Below are positions 40,001 to 52,533 of a stretch of 64,000 bases of DNA, in pieces. How positions within the stretch are numbered: position 1 is the stretch's first letter; every line of letters begins with the position of its first letter. The stretch comes from Laetmonice hystrix (Eukaryota): positions 6,450,001-6,514,000 of the forward strand of contig OZ249436.1 in the NCBI GenBank assembly GCA_965235115.1, given 5' to 3'. The notes beneath the pieces were generated by a model. It did no database searches and was not told where the DNA came from. It saw only the letters and a program-made list of their open reading frames with translations. Made by a program: the position numbers and the translations under genes.

Positions 40001-43000
40001 TTTCTTTTCTTTACTTGATATACATTGTATTCCGAACCGTGGTTGTATGGGATTCTGATGAAAACCTAACGCACTGATGCTGAAACTTTCGGAAAGGGGA
40101 ACTCTAATGGTGTCAGTCGGTTTCAATCGGCCTTCCAACCTATCTGTCAAAGTTTCAATGGCTCAGTTTCAGCTTTTTCCCAGTCACGGACTTTATTAGC
40201 TAAGCGCCTTTTCTCCAAGCCTTATAAGTTATTATGTTATTTAAATGGAACTATCATTAACATAAGAAAATGGAGTATTGTATCGGACATCCAACGCTGA
40301 ATAGTAAGTGTAGAGCGTGTAATATTCTCCTGTTTATCTCTGAATACTGATCATATCAGGAAAAAGATCAACTCAAAGTCATGCTTAATGGATGGAATTC
40401 GATAATCTCTTCATATTTCCTCTAGGAATAAGGTGACTTTGATGAATTTTCCACCTTACTTTCTCCTTACAATGGTAATGGGAAACGATTATTTTGTAAG
40501 CGAGTCATTGTTTCCAGTAAAAATGAAAACTCCATTAGAATTATATTTCTATGTGTTGGGCAGAAAATAATTTGAAATTAACAAGCTGCGAGATTCATTT
40601 AGTCCTTTATTACAATCCAAATTCTCATCTATCTTTGATAAATCTGTTGCAAGCGAACTGGTGTCAAATTTTGATGGACTGCTATATTTAGCTGAAACCT
40701 AAATATGTTTTTTATGTATAACTGGTTCACATTGCATATTTATAGTAAGCTAGAGGTAGGCTATATTTAATCGGGAATGTCTAACTCTTGTTAACATGTT
40801 ATGAAGACTTCCAGACTGGACGTAAACACATCTCTGCACACCCAGAATCCCTTCTACTGGTATAAATTATAATGTTCACTATTGGAAATCAATGGAAAAC
40901 AGACAAAGAGAGGCAAAACGAATTGATGGATATTGATTAGTTATAGATCCCAGATGGTACTGGCAGTCTTGTGTGTTGTGTGTTGACTAATGTGTGTCCT
41001 TCTTAAACTGATTTCCCTTTCTTTACTGAAAGGGGAGATTTGCTGGTGTATTGACTTATGTGTTCCCATTCTCAAGGTCTGACATCAATTTGGTCTATCC
41101 ACACAGTAATCGCAGTATTCTGGTATGGATCGGAAACCCAAATAAATGTTTAATATGTTAATGAATATGAGATTGTTTTGGGTATACCGCTAGCATAGAT
41201 CGATGATTTTGTAATAGATGTTGGGCTGTCTCTGATTGGCGGCTCATGGCAATAGGGCAGAGCATGGACGAATGGGCCACTTGCCACAGCAGTGATTCAG
41301 TCCGGCCATTGATGAAGCACGTTGTATCCCGCCAGCACTGTGTCCCTGTACCAAACCCTGCAGCCATCCAAACCAGGGAAACAGAACTAAAAGGAAATTC
41401 ACCCTTCGCATCACTCCTAAATACCTTGCTCTTTTCCTTTCGTTTTAAAACATTTTGACCCCTAGATGTTGTATGGGAATGTCACGTTGAACATACATGT
41501 AGTCAGCATTAAATGCCATCCAGTAGTTACGGTATTAGTAAAGTCTGCCCGAGAGATCAAGGTGGCTTCGAGACAAGTCCTTGCATGTATTGCTGCGTAA
41601 AACAGCTAGAAAAGGAGATTGGGACTTTTTCACCATTTTAATTATGATTATGAATTTTAATCATACATAGTGGGTTTTAATACAACTAAGCCAGTGAATA
41701 AAGCTGTTTTAATACAGCAAAGCCGACGAATAAAATTGTTTTAATGTGGCTTGGTGTGTACTGAAGAGATTATACTTCAAGCCAGGTCTGAAACTCCTAA
41801 GGTATGGTTGAAGGATATACTGGCTAGCGTCTGAATCACCATCTACACCTGGGAATACTTAATGGCCCCGAGCTGGCTTAATACCTCGGATAATCTTTTG
41901 AGAGACGCAGATCAACGACAGGGATATCTGAGAGAGAGTTGGCTGGCACTGTATAATCTGTAAAGTAAAACACCAGGTTGATCAGGATTACAAGGTGGAT
42001 GGATATTTCCGGATACAAATAAATGTATGAGGATACAGACGGATAGATAGCCGTACAATGCCGGCCGTGGCCACCTGGCGTGCAGGTATTATAAGATAGG
42101 ATAAGATCAGAAGAACCAGCCGCAAGTTTATCTCACGAAGTTTTATCAGAATCAAAATTTCACTCTTCCATCTACGCCACTGTCGGCTATGATTGTCACT
42201 ACTGTTACTGGAGATTTATTTCTGTCTATAGCCGGGCTTAACCCGAACCAGCGTCGCCAAGATTTTTCTCTAACGGCATTATGATAATTTCATATTAAAC
42301 TGTACAAATATTGTGCCATGAGGTACGAGCTGGTAATGAAAAGTTCTCAGAATATAGAATACAGATTATGTAGGCAGTTGTGTAAAGAGGGGGGCGTTAA
42401 GATACGAAACGGTGGCCAGTTAAGAGATGCCCGAGAGCCAGTGTAGCATTGTCAACGGGTAGATTGTCCGTGCCCTCAGACTGCCTGAACATATTGCTAG
42501 GGGTCATACGGATAGAACTGTCAACAGGTTTTCCATTTGTGCGGACAGCCTTGGAAATAGAAATTCAATAAACAGGAAATACATTCATTGCCCATATCTG
42601 CCGTGGGATAGAAATATATTGAGTGAAGCAGGAACCTTGTTTTTGTGCCTGCAGTATTGGCCTGGCGTGGTTTCCTGGACCTATTTCCTGCAAAAAACGC
42701 CATTGTTACACCGACGTTCGACAGCACAACTATATGGAAGGCATTCCTTGCTGCGTATGGCAGAACTGTCATCCTCTCACTGCGATATGATCTTAAATGG
42801 CTCTTATGCCACAGGAGTAATTTGATCGTCTACGTGACAGTCAACATTGGAAAATGAAAAATAATATTAGTTGCCATCAATCATGTTATGTATGTTGTAG
42901 ACATGATGATCACATCTATCATATTCAAGTAACGAATTGTCGTTATGAGAGTATATAACAGCGGAATTATTATTTATATTAGCTTAAAATCCAGTTTTAT

Positions 43001-46000
43001 TTGTTGTTTTTAGAATATTGTAAGAGATACTCACGTAATGTTGCCACGATTTGCACACACAGTAATCGGAGAAGCCACAAGAATCTGTTCAGACTGGAAA
43101 CTGTACGTTACATTTGAAACCAGTCAGTCTTTTATCCGCTACTGTCGTAAAAACTGAGAACGTATCCGTTGACAAGGTATGACATTTTGTAAAACTGTCA
43201 TCAACTTCTGGAAATGGAATCATATTTTCATTTCTCTTCTTTATGTTTAAGTTCACTTTATAAATAATGAGCCTAAAAGTGAAAATTGAAACGAAATATG
43301 GCAGGTCTGATAGAAGTAAGTTTCAGTTCAAACTATTTCCTGTCTGACCTTTTCCTATTGTTTGTTTTCATTGAAGTTGACGGATGTTTCACAGCCTTCT
43401 GTCTCAAGGGAACCCTTAAGAGCCATTTTCCGTTATCTTTAATCGAATTAGACTCCACTAATTAAATCTAGTTCATGAATTCAGAAAAATTTAGATGATT
43501 GGTTTTGATCACTTGAAAACGGCCGCCTCGTCGAACAAGGTGAGAAAACCTGCCAACTTTTAATGTGTCTGTCCTCATGCCCCGAGTTACAATGGAAGGA
43601 TGTCTATAGTGTGCTAAATTTAGAAGTATTATACAATAAACGCCATTATGTCCTAATTTAGGTAACAGCCTCATATCATGATCACCGACACTGCTAATTG
43701 AGATAAAGATTCCTGAAATATTTTTTTTCTTTGGAAAGATAATAAGAAAGTGGTGCTTGGTGCTTATCTGAGGAAGTTGATTAGAGAATTAAAACAAGAA
43801 ATCAATGCCGTGACAGTGCTGTCATAGAGTGGTAATAGTGATGATATGGTAAGCCTGGAAGGCTGACGCGTTTAGCATTTCTCAACCAAGCTTATCAGAT
43901 GGAAGATGTCAAATCTTCCCTAAAGTCTAAGGAAGTCGTAGCTATATGCCTGAGGTTTTTACACTAACTCAAAGTCCTGATGGGAAGGACAGGATGGATG
44001 CAGACTTGATGATGGCGGCCTAACACATGTCAGAAACGACGCATCCTAAAGTCTAGCCGCAGAGGCCGGCTCGCCGAGCGGCCCCGTTACCCGCATTGAG
44101 GGAGACTAACCAAGATTGGTATTGAGACGGTGATAATGACTGTGATCATGACTCACCCTCATGATCATTTCCCAACTGCCTACCATCAACTTGCGCTCCG
44201 GCCTCAAATCTAGCATCACCATGTGGTTCAGAATTGGCAGGTGTCCGCTCCGACCACATGCCATCGACCTCAAATAATGGTGCTGCAATTGGTTGAGAGC
44301 TCCTTGTGTAGATTATTGCGATAGTAATTGGTCAGTTCAGCCATTAATTAATGGGTAACGAGAAACGCAGAACGAATTGCAATACCGCACTGACCTTTCT
44401 AATCTAAGAGTGACAACTTTTTCAAATTCATCAAAAGCATTGATTCCAAGAATTGTCCTAAACTCCTACTTATATCCTATCGAATCATTTTAAGAACTGA
44501 TAATGCGCTGTTATAGGTCTGTATTTGCTCAATAACTATGGACTATGGCATTTGATGGATACAGTTATACTGCACCACTGCAAGAGTTTGCCAACAATAT
44601 GTGGTTAGATAGACGGCAAACCATGGACATTTATTGATGTTTAAAACAAGATCTCCTCTGGAACATATTTCATGCATTAGGGCTACGTCTCTCCGCGCTG
44701 GTTTGCTACTCTACCATTACGCAGCTACCCCGGGCTCAATTGCCTTATATATCAGTCGCAATCTTTGTATTGATTCCACGTAAAGTTGTCCTATGCGGGC
44801 GCTGTAAAACCAGCCATTAGGGCGCACTCTGTGAGGTAGTGAGGTAGTGGAAGGATGGTGAACTGCCATGGGCCGAGGCGTAGACACGGGCCTTGATCAA
44901 TACCCCTAGTGGCGAGGGTGATCAACATTGAAATGTCAGGGCGATTACATAACAATCGTCATCATTAAGACCTTTTTCTCTGAGAACGAGCTCAGTGGTG
45001 AAAATCGATTCAGGCTCATTCTGCCGGCAGGTCACGATTCCTTAGCTCGCCTCCGGCTGTCTGAAATTGGTAGGAGACGATGTTTACCATAAAGAGGATG
45101 ACAAGTTTGAGTGCCCTGTCTGCCAACGTTGGTCTAAGCTGCTGAAACATTGCTCCTGTAATAACAGAGATTTTCAAATCAGTCTTATCGTCCCTTGCTC
45201 ACAGCCATCTCCAAAGCGACGAGGCGAGGTTAGTTTCCCCATGAGAGGCGCCTTGCCTGGGCTACCTCCATCAAAAAGGTTGACCCCCTGATTCCATCCT
45301 CCTATCGACGTTTCTATCAAGATTTCTGATGTAAAGTGAAATCAGTAATTCTTTTTCTACACTTTTCCAGTACGTCACTACCATGATGTGGAAACAAGAT
45401 GTGGTTTGAATCTGGTGTTCTGTTTACGGGATGTCCAATCTGAACTATTGCAGTCTCAAGTTCAAACGTCAACCAGCTTAAGAAGTATTCATATATCGCA
45501 CCATTGCAATGACATATCGCACCATTGCAATGAGCAGTACAGCAGTTTTCAGTGGAAAGGCTCATATTCTGTCATGGTGGACGTTAATAACCATGAATAT
45601 TTAAAATACAAATTATCAGTTACATCTAACATTGTAGAAAAATGGTAAAGCTGGGTGGTCATATTACTTCATATGTAATCTTCAACATCTCACCTACCTC
45701 AGACGTACTTGTCAGTGTTCTATAAAGCTGCATGGTTTTAGTTTAGCCTTATCTGCACCAGAGGGTACCGTATGATCGGCTTACTGAACAAATCGCGTAT
45801 TGCCAAATTTGGTGGTTCTCCTCTTTTCCTTTCTATGTCTTTTATGATCTTTCTGTAGGCCGACGACTTTAGGCCTGTGATAGGATCCAGCTATGTCGAA
45901 CTTACGTCTTTCATGTCTATAATTAACATCCACTGAAGCTATCACACCAATTTGTTTTAGTGCCTTAGTGAGCTTGAAATGAAACGTGATTGTTTCTTAC

Positions 46001-46434
46001 TTATAAGTCATGAAATTGCGTCCCGACCTTTGCTGAAATGTCGAGTTTAGGAAGAAACCTGTACACTGGGTTCCAGGGCCATAAAGTGGGACAGACTTTT
46101 CACTGGCAGGTCAATGTGACCCGTACCGATGGCTACCGTCTGACTGGCTCATATCTTTGTGTTCTTGTTTCAGATTATTCACGAACATTGTAAACAGAGA
46201 ATCATGAACGACCTCTCGGGTGGAGATTGTAATTTCAGTTTTCTATCCTAATTATTGACGTGGACTCGTCCTTTCACTTACTCATACTGGGCCTAACGTT
46301 GTCCATTACTGACATGCAATATATAGGATCTAACAATGTGCAAAGTGTTTACGTCCCGTCAGGAATAATAACCTGGAGATTGTAGAAGATAGCAACCTTC
46401 GTGTCGCGCCCAATTGCCAATGTGAATGTCTATG

Positions 46435-46540
46435 AGAGATAGATTATTTAGGCAGCCTTTCTGCTACTGCATGGACTAGTAACTAGAAATAGAGATAGAT
46501 TATTTAGGCAGACTTTCTGCCACTGCAAGCACTAGTAACT
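46435..46540. repeat. ~56-bp diverged tandem duplication
   Basis: GAGATAGATTATTTAGGCAG...ACTAGTAACT occurs twice. Confidence 0.8.
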
Positions 46541-47320
46541 ACTGACGATAGCGTTTGCTCATGTAGTTTTGGATGTAACATATGTACATGTAGCCAAACA
46601 TCAGAATAATGGTACAGGTTGAAAGATTGAGTTCAATAACATATCTGACTAATTCTGATCAAAAGAAAACCTGAAAAGTAATTGTAATAGACCGATAGCG
46701 CCATGATAGAAATTAGTATAGGAATCTCTCTCAGCTGATTCTACTACAGTTCACAGGGCAGCGACAAACATGGAGAAGGTTCCTTGTGTGCAGACACAGA
46801 TGAAAAGAGTGCCTCTAGATTGATAGATTACCAACGGTCAGGCGGGAGGGCAATTAGACTGTTTGGCGACCGTCCAGCCCGCCAGGTGGCAGTCGACGAG
46901 GACCTGACGCCAGGTCACATAGTGAAGGCATACACGTGAACAGGTTATTTGGGTTTTCTGCTTCATTCTCCGACAAAATGTAAGGAACCTTTCTCGCGGT
47001 CCAAGGAATTCCAATGGATTTGTTCCTGTAAAGTGGCCAGAGTCAAGCCAAGATAAAGGGCATTATGTTGGAGATGAGAAGTCAATAACAAGAATATAAT
47101 ATTAGCTTTACATGTGTATTTGTTAACTACAGGGTATCGTTTGGACCTTAATAATGATAGCAAAGCATATAAAATATTTCAAAAACGAGTCCACATAATT
47201 ATGGTGACAGCGGATGGAAATTAAATGGATTGAACGAGACAGTGCAGCTGTATCAAGTATGTTTTTCGAGAATTATTTCCTAGAAGGCCGAATCTCTCTC
47301 CGGTTTTCAGTCTGTACGCA

Positions 47321-47491
47321 CAAGCGTCGTAGCCTCGGGGGGGGGGGGGGCAAGGGGAGGCAGCTACCCCCTGAGATTTCTTTAATGGAATCCCAACAAT
47401 AACACTTATTGACACCGAGGTGGTACTTGCTAAGAAGGCACTGCTCCCCCCCCCCCCCCCCCCCGCGTATTTGGGCCAGGCTACGGCCTTG
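47321..47491. mobile_element. ~170-bp MITE with poly-G / poly-C arms
   Basis: Imperfect TIRs CAAGCGTCGTAGCCT / AGGCTACGGCCTTG, with internal poly-G and poly-C runs. No clear TSD. Confidence 0.6.
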
Positions 47492-48037
47492 CAAAATCAT
47501 CATCCACTATCATGTGTCCATCTTTGTATATCCTCTGAAAGCATGTAGCTAAAAGGTTTACCAATCTATGTTTCGAGTATGGAGACAGACGACTTCAAAA
47601 GGAGCGACAGAGAGAATGATTTGTAGCGTTGGTTTATTACGTGTATGTGGCAGGAATATGGTCCTAATGGAAGCAGAGTCGATCATTGAAACCGATCAGT
47701 ACCTCGGTACTGTTGTTCCACCGTAGTTCTGAGCTTTGATATCGGAACTGAAAGTGTATTGTCAATTATGTAGACGGAACCTTCACTGTAATGTGGCCGC
47801 AAGAGCCGATGTCGGGACTGTGTTTGGTGCCTGATGTGGGTTAGGTTGGGGCAATGAGGCACAGCAGAGGTGCCAGGGCCGCAGTGTGTGTCAGGCCTTA
47901 CCGGTTTATGTAGCACTTTTGAAAGCCTGATGGGTCCATTTATTTTAATAACTGAGGATGGGGGTACGGCTGTGAGCAATGCTTTTAGTTCTCATACGTT
48001 GTGCTGCATAGAATATTTGACTCTGTATAAAATTGAG

Positions 48038-48061
48038 CCTTTTTATATTTTTCAGGTGAGT
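48038..48061 (+). other. Candidate recursive splice site (juxtaposed 3' and 5' splice sites)
   Basis: CCTTTTTATATTTTTCAG|GTGAGT: a pyrimidine tract and CAG followed immediately by a consensus donor. A second donor CAG|GTAGGA lies 59 nt downstream. Confidence 0.45.
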
Positions 48062-48988
48062 ACCATGATCTGCCCACATCATGAAACCATTGGGTATGAG
48101 ATGGGATTTGTCAGGTAGGACCCATCACACTATAACATCTTTGAAACGTTTAAAGGAACTATTTCATATACATTGAACAAATTGGCGGAAACATTGCTTC
48201 AATAGTGTATGATAATTAGCTTCGATGGCTCTGTCTACTTGCCCAAATATTTTGTTTTAAACATGTGAAAACCAGAAAATCTGGAAAGACCCGCGTCTTT
48301 TCCTGGGACCTGCCCCCACCTTCGAGATCGATTTTTAGAGTAAACAGAGTTTCCAGAGTAAACAAAGCGCTCTCGTTATTTTCTCAACATATTTTTATGA
48401 TTCAGCAATGTACTGTTAAATAACTATTCGTGTGAAGATGTTAAAAAACTAACGGTTTCGTCAGGGAACTATATCGTTGTGCGCATGCAGTGAGCACTAG
48501 GGTTCCGGAAGAAGCAGCATGGCCGCAGCCTATTGCTGTCGAGTGATCCCGACCAGAAATGTAGAATATGAGGGTGACAGTGCATTTCGTCGCTGTCTGC
48601 TTATAAAACTTATGTATATTTAAACGTAAGAAGTATGATAGTGACAGAAAGTGCATATATTTTGGCGAGGTAAGCATGAAACCCGACCGGACTGGCTTCC
48701 TGTGACGCTCAACCAGGGTGACATGATTCCTTTAATTGGTGTTAATTCTACAGATACGTTGTGGTTTGAGGACGCGTTCAAAGTTTACGTGACATATAAG
48801 TAGATAAGGTTTCTAAATTCTTTCATATATATCCTGACATATATTAGAATCGTAAGATTATACTCAATATTATACAGCACAGGAAATCGACTCCGCTTTG
48901 AGATTTGAAAATCCTATATTGCATGGGGAACTAACCTCGAGATTGAAGGTCATACATCCCATGGCGAGGTAAAGAGGACAAAATAATT

Positions 48989-49650
48989 GACAATGTTTAA
49001 AAGACCGCTGTATCTGCTGTCAGTAACATGGAAGTCAAGTCTGAATCTATGTTTTGACAATGTTTTAAAATAATGCAGTAATCTTTACATTTACAAATAA
49101 AAATGCCATAAAATTACAAATGTTTCTATAAAATTTACGTATTTTGCCTGTTTAATTACAGTTATTATAACTAGCAGCTGGGACGCCAGTGAAACTAACA
49201 GTAAAAATACGCAGCAGTTTTTTTTACAGTGTATCTGCTGTCAGTAACATTGAAGTCAAGTCTGAATCTATGTTTTGACAATGTTTAAAAGACCGCTGCA
49301 CTGTAAAAAATATTCGTAGAATAACAGACAAAATTTACAGATTTATTTGGTGTAAATTTATTTTACAGTAGAGTTACCTGTAAAATAATGCAGTAATCTT
49401 TACATTTACAAATAAAAATGCCATAAAATTACAAATGTTTCTGTAAAATTTACGTATTTTGCCTGTTTAATTACAGTTATTATAACTGGCAGCTGGGACG
49501 CCAGTGAAATTAACTGTAAAAATACGCAGTTTTTTACAGTGTATCTGCTGTCAGTAACATGGAAGTCAAGTCTGAATCTATGTTTTGACAATGTTTAAAA
49601 GACCGCTGCATCTGCAGTGAGTACATGGAAGTCAAGTCTGAATCTATATT
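48989..49650. repeat. ~67-bp tandem repeat interrupted by MITE copies
   Basis: TGACAATGTTTAAAAGACCGCTGTATCTGCTGTCAGTAACATGGAAGTCAAGTCTGAATCTATGTTT is present ~4 times, some copies partial. Confidence 0.9.
49299..49541. mobile_element. 243-bp MITE with CACTGTAAAAAA / TTTTTTACAGTG TIRs (CMC/EnSpm-like termini, inferred)
   Basis: Perfect 12-bp TIRs. The element sits at GACCGCTG|TATCTG, and the uninterrupted site is visible at ~49003-49016. A 3'-half copy lies at ~49065-49231. Confidence 0.85.
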
Positions 49651-50299
49651 TTATCATGACGATTCATTCGGTTCCCATATATTTTTGTGTTGGCATCATG
49701 GCGGTATGACAAACTCCAACATCTGTTTGTGGCTGACACACATCAAATGTTTCCCAGAGGTTTCGATTTTCTGATTTTGCCCCTAATATTGGATTTCGTC
49801 CCCGTGGATCAGAATAGAGGTCAAGTATTCAATGCTACAGTACATTTCTTTAAAATGGTAAATCATTGCTTTTCCCCTTTTGTGGTGAACAAAGTGCCAA
49901 GTCCCATTGCAATTCATCGAGCAGGTGTTGCTTTTCACGCGGACGGGCGCAGAAAGAAAGGTACACACTGAGAGAGAGAAAAAATGTACTGAATGGAGTG
50001 ATATTGATCAGAACTGTTTATCTAGTTGTGTGACTGCGCAACCATTGATCTTGGCATTTATTTCTAAAAGAGTTATCATTGATGATATTCTCTTACATTC
50101 CCATGTCTCACATAACACAGACCATTTACATGTACATAAAGCACGGTAGTTGGGGCTCATTCAGTACTGTAAACACGCCGGGCTGACCCATTGAATAGGA
50201 GCTGCAAATGATAGAGCCTCACTCGTATTACACGTTTGATTGGAGCAAATAATGAAAACAAAATGGAAAAGGGATACTCAGGCGGCAGCATATATTTGA

Positions 50300-50705
50300 A
50301 CAATACACATAGTGGAAAACAATGATTACTAGATTCATTGGTGTAACAATACACATAGCGGAAAACATTGATTACAGCTAGATTCAATGGTGTAACAATA
50401 CACGTAGCGGAAAACACTGATTACAGCTAGATTCAATGGTGTAACAATACACATAGCGGAAAACATTAATTACAGCTAGATTCAATGGTGTAACAATACA
50501 CGTAGCGGAAAACACTGATTACAGCTAGATTCAATGGTGTAACAATACACATAGCGGAAAACATTGATTACAGCTAGATTCAATGGTGTAACAATACACA
50601 TAGCGGAAAACAATGATTACAGCTAGATTCAATGGTGTAACAATACACATAGCGGAAAACAATGAACGCATAGCGGAAAACAAGGATTACTAGATTCAAT
50701 GGTGT
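50300..50705. repeat. 49-bp minisatellite, ~8 copies
   Basis: Unit AACAATACACATAGCGGAAAACATTGATTACAGCTAGATTCAATGGTGT. Confidence 0.95.
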
Positions 50706-51087
50706 TCAATGGTTCTTTCTATGTCTGCATACTTATTTAACTGCCTAACAAAAGCTCGAGTGACGAGTGTCTCTATATCTGGTATCATTGTTGTAAGTAA
50801 ATTGCCATTTGGAGAAGCGGTTTATTTTGCAGTTTTCGGTTTTTGTTTTTACCACCGGTCTTTGTTTCCGTCAATCCTTGCCCTTTCATACCACACCAGT
50901 CCTCCTGACGAACGTGATCTAATCTCTGGATACGTTGACCTCTGACATTCTGTATATTTTGTACTGATGATGTGGTCCAGACACCTCTCACTATGACCCA
51001 TATCCTCCCTGTTCATCTCCACATCTGTGATTACCAATGATATGGCGACAAGGCTGCAATCCCCATATATTTGTTCTCATGGTAAAG

Positions 51088-51583
51088 TCTGACATGGACT
51101 AGGTGTCACTGGAGAAGTTGTCTGACATGGACTAGGTGTCACTGGAGAAGTTGTCTGACATGGACTAGGTGTCACTGGAGAAGTTGTCTGACATGAACTA
51201 GGTGTCACTGGAGAAGTTGTCTGACATGGACTAGGTGTCACTGGAGAAGTTGTCTGACATGGGCTAGGTGTCACAGGAGAAGTTGTCTGACATGGACTAG
51301 GTGTCGCTGGAGAAGTTGTCTGACATGGACTAGGTGTCACTGGAGAAGTTGTCTGACATGGGCTAGGTGTCACTGGAGAAGTTGTCTGACATGGACTAGG
51401 TGTCGCTGGAGAAGTTGTCTGACATGGGCTAGGTGTCACAGGAGAAGTTGTCTGACATGGACTAGGTGTCGCTGGAGAAGTTGTCTGACATGGACTAGGT
51501 GTCACTGGAGAAGTTGTCTGACATGGGCTAGGTGTCACTGGAGAAGTTGTCTGGCATGGACTAGGTGTCACTGGAGAAGTTGT
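51088..51583. repeat. 33-bp minisatellite, 15 copies
   Basis: Unit TCTGACATGGACTAGGTGTCACTGGAGAAGTTG. It reads TPSPCQTTSPV on the minus strand. Confidence 0.96.
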
Positions 51584-51909
51584 TATTCCATTGTTGCTCG
51601 TTCCGTTCTAATCTCGGTTGAGCCACGAAGGTTTTTAAAACCTAGATTATCCTGATCTTCTTGATCCGATGGGGATTTGAAAACCAAAGATTATGACAGA
51701 TACCTTAGTGTGTATCGATCTTAAATTACAATTTGGCTGCTGCGGAGGCTTCATGCCAAATGTTTCATCTTAGTATAATACAAGTATGTCTTGTCGCTTC
51801 GTACTGAAATGGAGAACTCAAGGTATAGGATAAAGTATCCAATTTTAATCTTAAGACCCACAAAAGTGCCTTGTGAGGAGCATTTCACCCGAGCTGTACG
51901 TATTAAAAG

Positions 51910-52533
51910 ATGGCGTCGGTTGAAGTAGAGGTTTTATTACCGGAGAGGATTGGTTGGCTGGAGTGTATCACTGCTGCCGACCGACTACCACCCTATGCCG
52001 GGAATCCCGTTGTAAGGACCGGGTGGTCGTGGGTACGGTCTCCCGGGAGGCAGGCCCAGCGGTCCGTGTGGACGGAGAAGTGTATCACTGCTGCCGACCG
52101 ACTACCACCCTATGCCGGGAATCCCGTGATGAGGACCGGGTGGTCGTGGGTACCATCTCCCGGGAGGCAGGCCCAGCGGTCCGTGTGGACACAGAAGTGT
52201 ATCACTGCTGCCGACCGACTACCACCCTATGCCGGGAATCCCGTGATGAGGACCGGGTGGTCGTGGGTACCGTCTCCCGGGCGGCAGGCCCAGCGGTCCG
52301 TGTGGACGGAGAAGTGTATCACTGCTGCTGACCGACTACCACCCTATGCCGGGAATCCCGGGGTAAGGACCGGGTGGTCGTGGGTACCGTCTCCCGGGCG
52401 GCAGGCCCAGCGGTCCGTGTGGACGGAGAAGGCCGGTGAGACAAGGATGGATGGCGAGCAGGGCAGTGGGCGGGTAGTCCTCGACACCCATCCACACCCA
52501 ACCTTTCAGTGGGCAGCTCCCCAGAACAAATAG
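51910..52533 (+). CDS. Possible 207-aa ORF with four 39-aa repeats, no recognisable family
   Basis: The ATG is in a strong context (AAAGATGGCG). Unique 5' and 3' parts are in frame with the repeats. It may be a repeat artefact. Confidence 0.15.
   Translation: MASVEVEVLLPERIGWLECITAADRLPPYAGNPVVRTGWSWVRSPGRQAQRSVWTEKCITAADRLPPYAGNPVMRTGWSWVPSPGRQAQRSVWTQKCITAADRLPPYAGNPVMRTGWSWVPSPGRQAQRSVWTEKCITAADRLPPYAGNPGVRTGWSWVPSPGRQAQRSVWTEKAGETRMDGEQGSGRVVLDTHPHPTFQWAAPQNK
51962..52431. repeat. 117-bp GC-rich tandem repeat, 4 copies
   Basis: AGTGTATCACTGCTG(C)CGACCGACTACCACCCTATGCCGGGAATCCCG...CAGCGGTCCGTGTGGACGGAGA recurs every 117 bp. Confidence 0.96.

Noticed and set aside
44831..44850. let-7-like TGAGGTAGT, also a miR-184-like 11-mer at ~52068 and a miR-125-like match in the 47-bp unit
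   Set aside because: Only the 5' portions match. The 3' mature sequence and a precursor hairpin are absent.
45067..45291. Zinc-finger-like FECPVCQRWSKLLKH
   Set aside because: The C-to-H spacing is 8 rather than 12, the motif is isolated, and there is no splice support.
49370..49392. Minus-strand TTTTACAG|GTAACT ratchet-like site
   Set aside because: It lies inside the MITE's internal TTTTACAG repeats and has a weak donor.
51077..51571. Mucin-like TPSPCQTTSPV exon on the minus strand
   Set aside because: In-frame stops flank the array closely, and there is no good acceptor or donor. A 33-bp unit stays in frame trivially.
52120..52190. Hammerhead ribozyme (TGATGA-GGACCG...CGGTCC), also CTGATGAGGAC on minus at ~55595
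   Set aside because: The conserved GAAA after stem II is missing. The CUGAUGA core is imperfect and not conserved among repeat copies.
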